63,765 nt of DNA, filler included, from Lama guanicoe (GCA_013239625.1; 88 parts of 88 records of this genome joined end to end with filler, not necessarily neighbours in it); one strand, 5' to 3'; positions 1 through 12,514 are shown, counted from the whole stretch's first letter. Numbers and translations are program-made. Notes: generated from the letters alone by a model not told the origin.

Positions 1-859
1 CAACTCTCATGTTGTGCGATTTTATTTCAGTCAACAATCTTATTAAATATCTTAACAAAATTTTCAATACAGTGGAACAATAATTTTAAAACGACCACTG
101 TACAATTTAAATAACTAAAAGAGCTGTTGTCACTTACGCTAATTGCAAGTGTCACCATTTTTAAAGGAACATTTTAATCATCATAATTGTGTTAGCAGTG
201 TTGATATTTATTGCCTGAAGTGCTGAAGTTGGAGACAAGTAGCCACGCCTTTAGGGGTCTAGTCTAGTGCTAATAAGGACAAAAATATCTGACAGCTGAG
301 ACAGCTGATTAAAAAGTCAGGGACTTGCTTATTATGTACTGAATGCAGCACCATGCCACAGACATATTTCAAATTAAACATTTAATTTTCCTTATTTTTA
401 GTCTTCCTCTTGGCTTATAAATTAATACAAAAGTGATAATATTTTTCTCTTCTTTTTAAAAATAATATCTAATTCAAAATGTGTTTGGACCACATCACAA
501 CAGTGTATGGGTTTGGTACTCACAGGGGATGCTCTGCATCACTGATGCCATAGCAACCATTCACTTATGAAACAGGAGATATCTTCTGTTTCCAACAAGG
601 GAAAATATGTGTCCGGACATAATTAGAAATGACTAATTTTATTAGGTAAACAAGTAGCCTAAGAGTACTCCAAAGGTCATTAAACAAGTCAAAAAGCTTT
701 ATGCAAGATTCCTTTTTCAAAACGGTTGCCTAGCCTCAGGTGGTGTTTCTTAAGGAGAAGAATGGCATAAATTCCCTCAGAATAGTCGGAGTGGCATCTG
801 CTAAGAATGAGAATATTTAAACTGAATTTCAGATCTTCACAATCGGTATCTATGAGAAT

Positions 860-959
860 NNNNNNNNNNNNNNNNNNNNNNNNNNNNNNNNNNNNNNNNN
901 NNNTTAATTAATTAANNNNNNNNNNNNNNNNNNNNNNNNNNNNNNNNNNNNNNNNNNNN
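860..959. other. Artificial scaffold-joining linker N44-TTAATTAATTAA-N44 (first of ~87 copies)
   Basis: 100-bp block recurring between unrelated fragments; palindromic 12-mer with TAA stops in all six frames. Confidence 0.98.
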
Positions 960-1298
960 ATTTCCCTTTCTTGAGTTTTCATTTTTCAATTAGAATTTTT
1001 GAAAATAAATATTAATATGTTTCACGAGTCTCCCAAGAAACTTGATGTGTTGTGCTTTTCAGTTTTCAATTTATGAAAATTGTAAATGCACACTTGTTTT
1101 AAAGTAGTCCTTTTTCACTAGATATTTGTTTACTTCTTTAGAGTTAAAATAATTTTTTCCCAAAAAATGAATCGGTGTGCATGTTTTAAAAGATACCTTA
1201 CTTTTTATTATTCTTATTCTAACAAGTGTATTCATTGTACAGAATTTAGAAAATAAGGATAAACAAAGTAATAACTTAAAAATGGCCTCTAATCTCAC

Positions 1299-1418
1299 TT
1301 GGAGATACAGCTGTAAGGTTTGAAAGTGAGAATTACAAGTCCTCTCACGTTGTTCTTCTATTTCAAGTAAGCTTTGGTTACTGAGACCCTCAAATTCCCA
1401 TAGGAATTGTAGCAGCAG
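1299..1418 (-). CDS. Candidate internal coding exon (120 nt, phase 0), gene unidentified
   Basis: Minus strand reads tag|CTG...CAA|gtgaga; 40 open codons LLLQFLWEFEGLSNQSLLEIEEQRERTCNSHFQTLQLYLQ; followed by AT-rich intron-like DNA. Confidence 0.4.
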
Positions 1419-1521
1419 CTANNNNNNNNNNNNNNNNNNNNNNNNNNNNNNNNNNNNNNNNNNNNTTAATTAATTAANNNNNNNNNNNNNNNNNNNNNNN
1501 NNNNNNNNNNNNNNNNNNNNN

Positions 1522-2366
1522 TGTGAAAGGCAACCTTAAACTAGCTTGTTGGGAACACAAAGTTTCTATTTGTTGCAAACCCCAGAACATACATATATAT
1601 CGGGTGGTACAAGCTTCACATAATTTTACAGTGAAAACTGCAGGAAATTCAAACCAGCAATAGGAAACAGACTGAGGAGCCAGTGGAACTGTTTCTCCTG
1701 CAAACTGTTCAACTTGTGCTATATGAAAGAACGTCTCTCCCCATAGTCAGTTGTAAGGCTTAAGCGAGTTTGAAAGCCGTACTTCATTTATCTTGTTGGG
1801 AACACAAGGTTTCTCTTCAGTTGCAAACTCCACTACATACGTATATATGGAGAGGTACAAGCTCCAACTCGGTTTCACAGTGAAAACTAAAGGAACTTCA
1901 AACCGGCACTAGGAAACTGACTGAGAAAACAGTGTAATTGTTTCCCCTACAAACTGTTCCCTTTGTGTTAGATGAACGAACGTCTCTCCACATGCTCAGT
2001 TTTGACAATTAAATGTGTGAGAAATCTGTCCTTCACCTAGCTTGTTTCTAACACAAAGTTTCTCTTCAGTTGCAAACTCCACTCCATACATATATATGGG
2101 AAGGTAAAAGCTCCAACTGGGCTTTACAGTGAAAACTGCAGGAACGAAAGCGGCACTGAAACAGTCTAATATACCAGAGTATGTGTTTCTCCTGCAACCT
2201 GTTCCCTTTGTGCTTCATGGATGAACGTCTCTTCACTTGCACATTTTTCAGATTTAAGCGTGTGTGAAAGCGGTCCTTCACATTGGTTGTTGGGAGCACA
2301 TATTTTCTTTTCTGTGTCAAACTCAACTACATACATATATATGGGGAGGTACAAGCTCCAACTCGG
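1522..2366 (+). repeat. ~248-bp satellite (family A), ~3.4 monomers
   Basis: TTGCAAAC landmark at 1573, 1821, 2070 (248-249 bp period); homologous to 14345-15327 and 54670-55115. Confidence 0.92.
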
Positions 2367-2466
2367 NNNNNNNNNNNNNNNNNNNNNNNNNNNNNNNNNN
2401 NNNNNNNNNNTTAATTAATTAANNNNNNNNNNNNNNNNNNNNNNNNNNNNNNNNNNNNNNNNNNNN

Positions 2467-3416
2467 TGGAATTCATAACACAGAGTTTAGAATTTAGAAT
2501 ACAGAATTCAGAATACAGAATTTAGAATAGAGAATGTAGAACACAGAATAGAGAATGTAGATTTCAGAATACAAAATTAGCACATGGAATGCAGAACACA
2601 GAGTATAGAATATAGAATAAAAAATACAGAAACCAGAATTTAGAACATGGAATTCAGAACACAGAATACAGGATTTATAATACAGAATACAGCATATAGA
2701 ATGTAGAATATAGATTGTCNNNNNNNNNNNNNNNNNNNNNNNNNNNNNNNNNNNNNNNNNNNNNNNNNNNNNNNNNNNNNNNNNNNNNAGGACAGAAGAG
2801 AATATAGAAAACAGAAATAGAATGTAGAATATAGAATATAGAACATAGAAAATAGAATATAGAATACAGAATTCAGAATCAAGAATTAAGAAAATGGAAT
2901 GCAGAACACAGAATATAGATTATAGAATAGAGAAATAGAATGTAGAATATAGAATGCAGAACACAGAATAGAGAATATAGAATACAGAATACAGAATACA
3001 GAATTTAGAACACGGAATGCAGAATATAGAGTATAGAATATAGAATACAGAATAAAAAACACAGAATTTAGAAAATGGAATGCAGAACACAGAATATAGA
3101 ATATGGTATACAGAAAATAATACGCAGAATACTGAATGTAGAACACAGAATTTTGAATATACAATACAGAATACAGAACCCAGAATTTATAACACGGAAT
3201 GAAGAACACAGAATAAAGAATGTAGAATACAGAGATAGAATGTGGACTATTATATGTAGAACACAGAATAAAGAATACAGAATATTCAATATAGAACGAA
3301 GACTATAGAATGTAGAACATAGAATATAGTATACAAAATACAAAATGCAGAACTCAGAATTTAGAAGAAAGAATTCACAACACAATATATAGAATATAGA
3401 ATACATTATACAAAAT
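2467..3416 (+). repeat. Heptamer (AGAATAT)-based satellite (family D)
   Basis: Continuous 7-bp periodicity AGAATAT/AGAATAC/AGAACAC/GGAATGC. Confidence 0.95.
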
Positions 3417-3629
3417 NNNNNNNNNNNNNNNNNNNNNNNNNNNNNNNNNNNNNNNNNNNNTTAATTAATTAANNNNNNNNNNNNNNNNNNNNNNNNNNNN
3501 NNNNNNNNNNNNNNNNTGCAGGATATTCTGGGCTGAGAAACAGCCGATCCCACATCTGGCTCTGGGGCTGAACGGAGAGGGCAGAAGGCCCAGGGGACCA
3601 TGCTGAATCGAGGCCCCTGCACCCAATAT

Positions 3630-3740
3630 TATGGTCTGACTTTGGGCAAATTACACAGTCTTCTTTACCCTGAGATTCCTCATCTGTCCATGAAAATAAC
3701 TGTCCATGGCACACAGATTTACAAGGATTAAAGTAAATCA
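3630..3740 (+). mobile_element. MIR fragment
   Basis: tgactttgggcaaattac...cctcatctgtccatg resembles MIR core. Confidence 0.55.
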
Positions 3741-3924
3741 CCGAATTCACAACCTAGCCAAGGGGCTACCAGTGCATCCTCAACAGACAAATACAGCCTT
3801 TACGGCTCTGACACAAGCGAAGCGTCGTGGCCGCACAAATTGTACACTGCTTAGTTCCAGTGTTTTAAGTGCTTCATGTGTGCTATAATACTCTTTAGAA
3901 CATACAAAATTCCCAGGAAGAAAC

Positions 3925-4040
3925 GAATATTATCATGCCCATTTCACAGATTCTCCAACAGGTTAAGAGTTTACATTCTAGTCCAAGGCCCAATGGTAAG
4001 GAAATGGCGATTTAAACCAGAATCTGGGCCCAGGCCTTCT
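3925..4040 (-). mobile_element. MIR fragment
   Basis: cccatttcacagat...ccaaggcc...gatttaaaccagaatctg resembles antisense MIR core. Confidence 0.5.
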
Positions 4041-4975
4041 CTCCATCTCTATCCCATCCACCTGACCACTTTCCTATGAATNNNNNNNNNNNNNNNNNNN
4101 NNNNNNNNNNNNNNNNNNNNNNNNNTTAATTAATTAANNNNNNNNNNNNNNNNNNNNNNNNNNNNNNNNNNNNNNNNNNNNGGCATCAAGCCTTCCACTT
4201 ATAAAAAATAGTTTTAGATAAAATTATAGGGCCCAGAACAGTTAATATATTGGTTGATTCACTGAGCCCTCCATTTTTTCTGCTCTTAAAAGAAATTCAA
4301 ACTATATGACTTTGTAGACATTTGTTTGCTTTAATGCAATGTTTGGTTTGCTCTTAAACACTCGAGTGCTAGTGGTCTTTAACTCTAAGACAGCGTAGAC
4401 AGTATTTGCAACCTTGCACAACCTCTGAGAATAATTGTCGCATTTAAGTTGGACCGATAGAAGATATTGACCTATAGTATTTGTATACGTACATACACAT
4501 GTAAGGGGAGGAGGGAGGTTTCCATCAGGCTAATGCTTTGCAGCTAATCAAACTCATAGTGTTTTTAGAGCACTTTCAAGAGTCACAGTCTATGAAAGAT
4601 ATGGATATTCTTTATTCTGAGTCCCTTGTAACTAAAGTCCCTTGTACTTTGCCTACATTGGTGTTAAGTTTTTCTTGTTTAAGAACTTTAAATGAAAATA
4701 AGTTATATAATAAAAATATAAATTTCTTCTTTATTCTTTGAGACGTCTCTAGAAAAGAGAACTCATAATGCCAAAACACTGCCCATTCCTGTGTAGCGAC
4801 AATTTATGATGAAAATACTCTAGATCCTTGTTGGGCTAAAATCTCTCTAATTGGCTTCTTATAACTGGTGTAATANNNNNNNNNNNNNNNNNNNNNNNNN
4901 NNNNNNNNNNNNNNNNNNNTTAATTAATTAANNNNNNNNNNNNNNNNNNNNNNNNNNNNNNNNNNNNNNNNNNNN

Positions 4976-5494
4976 AACTTTGCTTCAACTTGCTCTTCTA
5001 TTATGCATTATACAATGTCTTCAATTATTTATTTCCTTTTCTTTAAATTTCTTTATTTCTGTCTCTCTTTTTTTCTCTTTTCTAAGTTGTATTACTACAT
5101 AAGCATTAGGTAGATAAACTCCTTTAGGACCACAGTAGATAAACTGATAATCCATAAACCATAGTGCCAGAGAGGTAGGAGCAAGATGAAGAAGCAGAGA
5201 AACCATTCCCAAATAAAACAACAAGAGAAATCCCCTGAAAGAATGATCAGTGAAATGGACATCGATATACTACTAGATCAAGATTTCAAAAGAGAGTGAT
5301 CAAATTACTGAAGGAAAAAAGATAGTGTATAGAGATATAAAATATGATAAAAATGAAATGGAAGCAATAAAGAAGAGCCGAAAAGAATTGGTAAACACAT
5401 TGACTGAAATGAGTAATGATCTAAAGGCATAGCAAAGCTGACTAAACAATGCAGAGGAAATAATTAGTGACTTAGAAGACAGGACAATAGAAAG
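4976..5494 (+). mobile_element. LINE-1 5'UTR end and ORF1 N-terminus (disrupted)
   Basis: ATG at 5186 gives MKKQRNHSQIKQQEKSPERMISEMDIDILLDQDFKRE then frameshift/stops; downstream A-rich coiled-coil-like ORF1 sequence. Confidence 0.8.
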
Positions 5495-6236
5495 NNNNNN
5501 NNNNNNNNNNNNNNNNNNNNNNNNNNNNNNNNNNNNNNTTAATTAATTAANNNNNNNNNNNNNNNNNNNNNNNNNNNNNNNNNNNNNNNNNNNNACATGA
5601 AATTGCCATTAACATTAAAATAAATTACTACAATTTTTAGAAACGTTTGTGAGAGATAATTTAGTCTTTCATCTACTTTCAGGAAGGGCCGTATGTAAAC
5701 AGGCACAACATGAAAACACTTCAGCTACAGTTTTAGCAGTAAGATAACTTTTAGTACATTTTATGTTCCTGCCATTTGGTTATACAATGAACTGTTAATT
5801 TTTCCTACTGAATCCAAGATATGTATTAATTGTTAATTTGAATTTATAATCTTCATGTTAGACTTGAATATCTTTTTTCTTATTAAGTAGATTTTTTTTT
5901 CAGTAGGGAAAAATAGAATTACATAGAATCCACAAAAGTTGTAAGACATTTCCAGTGTCCTGGTGAGTTTGTGTTTGAAATGAGTGGCCTTTACTATGTT
6001 TCGCACCATTATAGAAAAAGGGAGAACATTATTTAATCGATTTCCCTTTCATTGTCCCGTGTGTTGAAAGTCTGCCAGAAATTGCTGTAACAATTGGTAT
6101 CCATTTAACCTGATCTACAGTCAGAAGACCTCCTGTNNNNNNNNNNNNNNNNNNNNNNNNNNNNNNNNNNNNNNNNNNNNTTAATTAATTAANNNNNNNN
6201 NNNNNNNNNNNNNNNNNNNNNNNNNNNNNNNNNNNN

Positions 6237-7062
6237 AAGCAGGAGAAGGCAAAGCAGGGAATGGAATCCAGTGCAGGGTCTGACCACTGATGATGGAGCA
6301 ACAAGGGTGAAAGTGTGTTTATCTTGGACGCACACTATCAAGCGGATAGGAGACATGGGATAGAAGGTGATGTGCTGAGATTTACAAGAGTGCACAGCAG
6401 ATGCTTGGCTGACAGAACTCAAAGAAACCAGCGCAAAATATCCCCACAGTTGATTCNNNNNNNNNNNNNNNNNNNNNNNNNNNNNNNNNNNNNNNNNNNN
6501 NNNNNNNNNNNNNNNNNNNNNNNNNNNNNNNNNNNNNNNNNNNNNNNNNNNNNNNNNNNNNNNNNNNNNNNNNNNNNNNNNNNNNNNNNNNNNNNNNNNN
6601 NNNNNNNNNNNNNNNNNNNNNNNNNNNNNNNNNNNNNNNNNNNNNNNNNNNNNNNNNNNNNNNNNNNNNNNNNNNNNNNNNNNNNNNNNNNNNNNNNNNN
6701 NNNNNNNNNNNNNNNNNNNNNNNNNNNNNNNNNNNNNNNNNNNNNNNNNNNNNNNNNNNNNGGGGCCTTGGTTTTGAAATCAGAATGAAAAGCCTTAGGA
6801 TCTGCTACATTCATAACCTGGGCTGGGATTATGGTTTGGTTTGAGGCACAGGATGCGCAACACCTCTGTGATTGCTTTCGTGAACCCGTGCCACATTGAT
6901 GAGAGGACAAGGAAGAGTGGTCCAAGACCACAGCATGAGAAGAGGAAGCATTTCTTTCAGCACTAATTTCCAAAATCAGATGCTACATTTTGGATGGCAC
7001 CAGCACGGTACGTCACCGAGGACAACAAGGTAGGTCTGCGGGATCATTCCAGCAGGCCCTGA
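6237..7062 (+). repeat. Multi-copy long-unit element (family E), upstream part
   Basis: 6826-7062 aligns colinearly with 55596-55832. Confidence 0.8.
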
Positions 7063-8015
7063 NNNNNNNNNNNNNNNNNNNNNNNNNNNNNNNNNNNNNN
7101 NNNNNNTTAATTAATTAANNNNNNNNNNNNNNNNNNNNNNNNNNNNNNNNNNNNNNNNNNNNAAGATTAGAAAGTCATTATGGAGAATCAGTTACAGAGA
7201 TAAACTCAAAGATAAGTAGGTGTCTTGGTTCTATATCACATATGTTTTCATATTTGCAAGTTATTCTTTGGAATAAAATAATAATTGCAATAAAGGAAAT
7301 CATCATTATTCTTCCTAGTTGTTAACCGTTTTTCTAGAGATTTGAGGCTGATACACTTAAATGGTCTCTTTGGAAAAGTTTTGGACTTCTTCCATCTGAA
7401 TTTAAGAAAATTTATGTATGTTTTTAATCTGGCTTGGGAATTCTCAGTGGTTCACATTCTTTTCTAACGTGGTTGTCCAAAAATCTGAAGAGAAAGACAG
7501 GTGCCATTGCTTTTAGCTACCTCATTGGCTGAAATGCCTGTCGCTTCTTACAAACTGACTGAAATTCCTGCCATCTGCTGCTGTAAACCTCATCTAAATG
7601 TAAATTAAAATAAAAAACAGTTCTTGAGGAAAAAAAAATCCACAACTTTAAACACCATAAACCTTGGCTCATTTTGTAGTGGTTTAATATGGTTTAATGG
7701 CTTTTCTGCCATCCAAGTTTCCAGCTTCCAAAGTGATGTCTAAAGACACCCAGCACAGGTGCCCTGGGGATAGCTGGACCACGTCCAAGCTTCCGTTCCT
7801 GTGGAGATGAAGGACTCAGCGGCAAGATCCAGGGAACTGCCTTTCTGAAGGCAGTTCGTGTAGACAGGGAGCATGAAGACCACTTAGAAGAGTTGATCAG
7901 TTCATCGAATGGAAANNNNNNNNNNNNNNNNNNNNNNNNNNNNNNNNNNNNNNNNNNNNTTAATTAATTAANNNNNNNNNNNNNNNNNNNNNNNNNNNNN
8001 NNNNNNNNNNNNNNN

Positions 8016-8949
8016 ATATTCAATACCGAATACTGAATATAGAATATGAATATACAATTTAGAATACAGAATTATGCATATAGAATACAGAATACTGAAT
8101 ATAGTATTTAGAATATACAATGTAGAACACAGAATATAGAATATAGAATACGGAATGCAAAATATACAATTCAAATAATAGAATGTAGAACACAGAATAT
8201 AGAATATAGTCTAGAGATTATAGAACCCAGAATTTTGAACATGGAATGTAGAACACAGGATTTAGAATATAGAATAGACAATATAGAACCCAGAAATTAG
8301 AAGATGGAATGTAGAACACAGGATTTATAATATAGAATACAGAATACTGAATATNNNNNNNNNNNNNNNNNNNNNNNNNNNNNNNNNNNNNNNNNNNNNN
8401 NNNNNNNNNNNNNNNNNNNNNNNNNNNNNNNNNNNNNNNNNNNNNNNNNNNNNNNNNNNNNNNNNNNNNNNNNNNNNNNNNNNNNNNNNNNNNNNNNNNN
8501 NNNNNNNNNNNNNNNNNNNNNNNNNNNNNNNNNNNNNNNNNNNNNNNNNNNNNNNNNNNNNNNNNNNNNNNNNNNNNNNNNNNNNNNNNNNNNNNNNNNN
8601 NNNNNNNNNNNNNNNNNNNNNNNNNNNNNNNNNNNNNNNNNNNNNNNNNNNNNNNNNNNNNNNNNNNNNNNNNNNNNNNNNNNNNNNNNNNNNNNNNNNN
8701 NNNNNNNNNNNNNNNNNNNNNNNNNNNNNNNNNNNNNNNNNNNNNNNNNNNNNNNNNNNNNNNNNNNNNNNNNNNNNNNNNNNNNNNNNNNNNNNNNNNN
8801 NNNNNNNNNNNNNNNNNNNNNNNNNNNNNNNNNNNNNNNNNNNNNNNNNNNNNNNNNNNNNNNNNNNNNATATAGAATTTAGAATAAAGAATGTAGAACT
8901 CAGAGTATAGAATATAGAATATGGAATACTGAATATAGAATTTAGAATA
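8016..8949 (+). repeat. Heptamer satellite (family D)
   Basis: 7-bp AGAATAT periodicity both sides of an internal gap. Confidence 0.95.
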
Positions 8950-9928
8950 NNNNNNNNNNNNNNNNNNNNNNNNNNNNNNNNNNNNNNNNNNNNTTAATTA
9001 ATTAANNNNNNNNNNNNNNNNNNNNNNNNNNNNNNNNNNNNNNNNNNNNTTCTTGTACCACTGGAAGAAAGAAAAGGCAATAGCCTTTTACTTGAAAAGT
9101 TAAACTATTTTAAAGATAACTGCTTAAACACATTTCATCATTCATGTTGCCTTGAAAAATCTGAGGCACTTGTATCTGATCAGAAAAGCAATTCTGAGTG
9201 ATAGTTGGTTACAATTCAGTGCCAGTTTGCTTTAGAAGAAAAGAGAAAAGCTACTGTTTCTCATATCCTACACAAAGTGTGAAGTGCCTCCTTGCCTCTT
9301 TCTCCTCCCATTATCTAAGCTCATGCTCCCCAACACTTCTGAAACAAGTATGAGAACCTCTTATTCCCACCAATATGCAAATATGCCAAATGACAAAAGA
9401 ATATCAATTTATTTGTGTAAATATATGCCTACACCTCAAACTGGAGGAGAAAGATATCCGAAGTCTATATGGAACTTATTTCTACGTTCCTGAAATCACA
9501 CACACAAACGTTCACACAGACAGACACTTACCCCTGGATTACTGGGCACTTCAAAAGCTTAGTACATACAAGTTCTAGAAGATAACTTTGTAGTTAGTTT
9601 AAAATACAAAACTGTCACCTTTTGAAAGCCTTGATCATCTGCTACACCATCCAAATACCAAAGAGACCCAATTAGCCTTCTCTGAAGAATGAAATTTCCC
9701 TTGATGAAAAAACAGACTCTTAGAATTACTGGATCAAAGATTCGTGTTTATCACTACCTATGATCATTTTTAAGCACATTAACAGATTCAGAAATTTATG
9801 TCTCAACAACATTTATTCTTATTGAAATAGCATACGTTTTCAATTGTCTATACAGAGACTAGGTCCCATGATGGGGTTTAAGAGCTATTTTGTGTATAGC
9901 AATATTTGTTTTCAAGTGCAGACAAGCA

Positions 9929-9976
9929 GGGTGTGTATTACTCAGTTGTAGAGCACCTGCTTAGCATGCACAATGT
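9929..9976 (+). mobile_element. 5' part of tRNA-derived SINE (camelid vic-1-like)
   Basis: gggtgtgtattactcagttgtagagcacctgcttagcatgcaca matches the head of the SINE at 12355-12514. Confidence 0.65.
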
Positions 9977-10076
9977 NNNNNNNNNNNNNNNNNNNNNNNN
10001 NNNNNNNNNNNNNNNNNNNNTTAATTAATTAANNNNNNNNNNNNNNNNNNNNNNNNNNNNNNNNNNNNNNNNNNNN

Positions 10077-11128
10077 TAGAATTTAGATCACAGAATATGG
10101 AATGTAGAATACGGAATGCAGAATAAAGTATACAGAATATAAAATTTAGAACACAGAATATAGAATATGGAAAACAGAATACAGAACCCAGAATTTAGAA
10201 CATGGAATGCAGAACACTGAATTTAGAATATAGAATACATACAACTGAAAAAAGAATTTAGAATATAGAATGTAGAACACAGAANNNNNNNNNNNNNNNN
10301 NNNNNNNNNNNNNNNNNNNNNNNNNNNNNNNNNNNNNNNNNNNNNNNNNNNNNNNNNNNNNNNNNNNNNNNNNNNNNNNNNNNNNNNNNNNNNNNNNNNN
10401 NNNNNNNNNNNNNNNNNNNNNNNNNNNNNNNNNNNNNNNNNNNNNNNNNNNNNNNNNNNNNNNNNNNNNNNNNNNNNNNNNNNNNNNNNNNNNNNNNNNN
10501 NNNNNNNNNNNNNNNNNNNNNNNNNNNNNNNNNNNNNNNNNNNNNNNNNNNNNNNNNNNNNNNNNNNNNNNNNNNNNNNNNNNNNNNNNNNNNNNNNNNN
10601 NNNNNNNNAAAGTATAGAATATAGAATATAAAATATAGAACCCAGAATTTAGATAATGGAAAGCAGAATTCAGTATTTAGTATATAGGATACAGAATACC
10701 GAATATGGATTATAGAACATGGAATGCAGAACCCAGAGAAGAGAATATAGAATAGAGAATAGAGAATAGGAAATATAGTACCGAGAATTTAGAACATGGA
10801 ATGCAGAACACAGAATTTAGAATATAGAATACAGAATACTGAATATAGAATTTAGAATATACAATGTAGAACACAGAATATAGAATATAGAATACGGAAT
10901 ACAGANNNNNNNNNNNNNNNNNNNNNNNNNNNNNNNNNNNNNNNNNNNNNNNNNNNNNNNNNNNNNNNNNNNNNNNNNNNNNNNNNNNNNNNNNNNNNNN
11001 NNNNNNNNNNNNNNNNNNNNNNNNNNNNNNNNNNNNNNNNNNNNNNNNNNNNNNNNNNNNNAGAGCACCGAATATAGAATATAGAATAGAGAATGTAGAA
11101 CCCAGAATTTTGAACATGGAATGCCGAA
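10077..11128 (+). repeat. Heptamer satellite (family D)
   Basis: 7-bp periodicity; 10086-10284 nearly identical to 47078-47276. Confidence 0.95.
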
Positions 11129-11228
11129 NNNNNNNNNNNNNNNNNNNNNNNNNNNNNNNNNNNNNNNNNNNNTTAATTAATTAANNNNNNNNNNNNNNNN
11201 NNNNNNNNNNNNNNNNNNNNNNNNNNNN

Positions 11229-12017
11229 GTTGAAAGTGGGATTTGGGATCTAAAACTAAGTATTAGCGTGTACCTCTATATGGGCAGTGGAGAAGTTTAT
11301 ACTACAACACACAACTTGGGAATTACTGTGACCCCTGAGAAATGCGTGTGCTCTTTCCCCACGCCCAGCACACACAGGAAGAAGTGTTCTGGGGTTCTGA
11401 GTGTGGGGAGGTTCCTCCAACAGACAGCTGCACCTGGGTTTTAATAGAATCCCTAAGCTTGACTTCCCTAAGTGTTTTCCTAGGCCTAGCAGTAAGCGAT
11501 GGTGGGGGATGGGCTCTAAAGCCAAGTATNNNNNNNNNNNNNNNNNNNNNNNNNNNNNNNNNNNNNNNNNNNNNNNNNNNNNNNNNNNNNNNNNNNNNNN
11601 NNNNNNNNNNNNNNNNNNNNNNNNNNNNNNNNNNNNNNNNNNNNNNNNNNNNNNNNNNNNNNNNNNNNNNNNNNNNNNNNNNNNNNNNNNNNNNNNNNNN
11701 NNNNNNNNNNNNNNNCCCTTAGCTTGTCTTCCCTGATGGCATGCCTAGGTTGGAGAGTGGGGGAAATTGGGGGTTGGGCTCTAAACCAAGTTTTAGCGAG
11801 AGCCTATCCATGGGATGTGGGTTTTTAACCTACAACCCACAACCATGGAATAAATGTGCCCCCTGAAAGATACTTTCACTGTTTCCCTACATCCAGGACT
11901 CACGCGAAGAAGTGTTCTGGTATTCTGAGTGTGGGGAGGTTCCTCCAACCGACAGCAGCACCTGGATGCAATTAGTATCCCTTAGCTTCTGTTTCCTGAG
12001 TGTTCTTTTAGGCCAGG
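11229..12017 (-). repeat. CpG-depleted 267-bp satellite subfamily (family C)
   Basis: ctgagtgtggggaggttcctccaac landmarks at ~11399 and ~11927; homologous to the minus strand of family B. Confidence 0.85.
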
Positions 12018-12354
12018 NNNNNNNNNNNNNNNNNNNNNNNNNNNNNNNNNNNNNNNNNNNNTTAATTAATTAANNNNNNNNNNNNNNNNNNNNNNNNNNN
12101 NNNNNNNNNNNNNNNNNCAAAGATAGCTGCAAAATCACTTTTACTAAATGTTCCATGCCCAACTCTAACGGAAATTTGACACCAGGGACGTAATTATCTA
12201 CATTTTTGTTAAAATGATGCTGACCATCAGGAAGTTTTCTCAATTATATTTTAGCCTTTATGTTGAGAAATACTGTGAGACTTCTTCTAAATTAATGGGT
12301 GGGGGCATTCATTGTAGCTCTTGTAGCCTGATAAGCCTGCACTAAATTATCTTT

Positions 12355-12514
12355 TTTAAACTTTTAATTAAAGTAATAAATTAATTTTTTGCTGGGGGGT
12401 GGTAATTAGGTTTTTATTTATTTATTTTATTTTTAGAAGAATTACTGGAGATTGAACCCAGGCCCTTGTGCATGCTAAGAACATGATCTTTCACTTGAGC
12501 TATACCCTCCCCCC
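12355..12514 (-). mobile_element. Full-length tRNA-derived SINE (camelid vic-1-like) with target-site duplication
   Basis: Minus strand GGGGAGGGTATAGCTCAAGTG...GGGTTCAATC (A and B boxes), A-rich tail, TAAATTATCTTT duplicated at 12343-12354 and 12515-12526. Confidence 0.85.

Noticed and set aside
9431..9757. Minus-strand splice-like signals suggesting exons
   Set aside because: Frames examined between the signals contain stops and no homology was recognised.
12440..12514. tRNA-Ala-like gene
   Set aside because: A-rich tail, TSD and degenerate stems identify a SINE, not a tRNA.
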